A stretch of 31,498 nt of DNA from Myxococcota bacterium (GTDB lineage: Bacteria > Myxococcota_A > UBA796 > GCA-2862545), in the NCBI GenBank assembly GCA_039208735.1, contig JBCCQY010000108.1, positions 1 through 31,498 on the forward strand, written 5' to 3'. The notes under the pieces were generated by a model. That model saw nothing but the letters and a program-made list of their open reading frames with translations, made no database searches and was not told where the DNA came from. Positions 30,105 through 31,498 of the stretch are shown one piece after another (within the stretch, counting starts at the first letter, position 1; each line of letters starts with the position of its first letter). Made by a program: the position numbers and the translations under genes.

Positions 30105-30659
30105 CTAGTTCGTGCCGACCCACCGTAAGTGAACCGTCATGCGTTCTCGTTCGTCTACAGAATATCGGTGGGTGTGAAGGTGCTGGTACTTTTGATTGTT
30201 GCCGGTCGGCAAGGCCCCGTCGTGCTGAAGAAAGAACAGCAATTCACCACCATCATCATGCAATAGCCGTTCTGCATGCTGTAGAACTAGAGTTGGTGGT
30301 GCAAATGCGCGGGAGATAACGCCGTTCCAATGGCTGGTTGGCAACTCCTCAACCCGACATTGGTGGACCTGAGCTCGCTCCGATGAAATGCCTGCACCAA
30401 GAAGTACATGGCGCAAGAATGTAGCGCGCTTCTGCCTGGATTCAACCAAATCGAGCTGAAGATGGGGAAAGAGCTCCAGCATAACAAGACCCGGAAATCC
30501 CGCCCCAGAGCCCAAATCAACCCATCGCCCGTCAAGCTGATAGGGAGCAAGTCCCTCTATGCAGTCTGTGAAGTGTTGCTCTGCATCGCCAGGACCAATC
30601 AGGTTCATGCTACTTCGAAAGCGTTGAAGCTCACGGCGATGTGCATCGAGCAAGCTCAT
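30105..30659 (-). CDS. rsmG: 16S rRNA m7G527 methyltransferase RsmG (GidB)
   Basis: MNL, HFTDC, DLGSGAGFPG, LVES, ISRAF; lies between mnmG and parA. Confidence 0.93.
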   Translation of the reverse strand: MSLLDAHRRELQRFRSSMNLIGPGDAEQHFTDCIEGLAPYQLDGRWVDLGSGAGFPGLVMLELFPHLQLDLVESRQKRATFLRHVLLGAGISSERAQVHQCRVEELPTSHWNGVISRAFAPPTLVLQHAERLLHDDGGELLFFLQHDGALPTGNNQKYQHLHTHRYSVDERERMTVHLRWVGTN

Positions 30660-31422
30660 GTTTCAGACATCATGGAGCGCCTAGCTAACCAACTGGCAAT
30701 CGCGTTGATTGCGGCAGGCGTTACTCCTGGTAGCCGAGCTGCTTGACCCAACGTGGTTGGTTTCGCTTTGCTGAGTCGCTCTCGAACTTCCATCGACACG
30801 CCATGTAGCTCAAACCAGGAAACGTCAGGTGGGATCTTAGCTCGTTCGAGGCTTGATGCTTGTTGAACTCGACGTTGAGCCCTTGCAATGTACCCCTCGT
30901 ATTTAAGGTCCGTTTCCACCTGCTTTGCCGCTTCAACGCTAGGTACTTCGGTGCCTGAAACAAGGGGCCACACGGCCTGCCAGGTGGCTTCAGGGCGCCT
31001 TAGGAGGTCCGCTGCGCTGGTTGGGGTACGAATGGGGCCTAGCCCCTGTGCCTTGAGGTAGGAGCGTGCCTTGGGGGTAGGATTCACCATTTGGGCCCGC
31101 AAGGCGCTATCAATGAAGCGCATATGGGCTTGCTTTGTCTTATGTCGCTGCCTTCTATCCTCTTCGATAAGCTCAAGGTCAGTCGCAAGCTGGGTCAATC
31201 GAAGGTCCGCGTTGTCTTCTCGCAGCATCAAACGATGCTCGGCTCGGCTCGTGAACATTCGATAGGGCTCTCCCCCCACACCTCGAGTCACCAAATCGTC
31301 GATCAGGACGCCGATATAGCCCTCGGAGCGTTCGATCCGCACGCACTCGCCTCGAGCGGCGGAAGCTCCGGCGATGAGTCCTTGTGCCGCAGCTTCCTCA
31401 TAGCCAGAGGTACCGTTCACCT
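30656..31422 (-). CDS. mnmG: tRNA modification enzyme MnmG (GidA), C-terminal part only
   Basis: NGTSGYEEAAAQG, YIGVLIDDLVT, EPYRMFTSRAEHRL, KYEGYI, GVTPAA; interrupted at an inversion junction. Confidence 0.96.
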
Positions 31423-31498
31423 ACAACATCGCGAAATCAAGGGGCTGTTCTTCGCAGGTCAGGTGAACGGTACCTCTGGCTATGAGGAAGCTGCGGCA
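31385..31498. repeat. 38-bp perfect inverted repeat at the window end (fold-back junction)
   Basis: 31385-31422 is the exact reverse complement of 31461-31498. Confidence 0.93.

Noticed and set aside
29993..30319. ORF with repeated FHVE motifs
   Set aside because: It is simply the translation of the parS repeats and is antisense to rsmG.

Overview
This is the chromosomal replication-origin region of a GC-rich Gram-negative bacterium. Gene content and protein style suggest an uncultured Myxococcota/deltaproteobacterium (inference). Left to right: a truncated Cys-rich lipoprotein, an ArsA/Get3-family ATPase pair, and gyrB-recF-dnaN, all on the minus strand. Next come a candidate oriC (~8020-8600) with helically phased DnaA boxes and a box-box-GGCC-trio unwinding module, a Sel1-repeat gene, and then dnaA-rpmH-rnpA-yidC-jag-mnmE-GST on the plus strand. 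After that are a second DnaA-box cluster, an HDOD-GGDEF cyclase, two tandem mltG genes, a molybdopterin oxidoreductase, dapD-rhomboid-membrane protein, a degenerate GDPD-like protein, two hypotheticals and udk-parB-parA-(4 parS)-rsmG-mnmG on the minus strand. Most genes are housekeeping, but the layout is non-canonical: dnaA is flipped relative to dnaN and separated from oriC by a Sel1 gene flanked by a 12-bp direct repeat, rnpA seems to start at CTG, and the mnmG-parAB block is inverted relative to mnmE. The last ~78 bp look like a fold-back chimera. No CRISPR array, rRNA, tRNA or transposase was seen.
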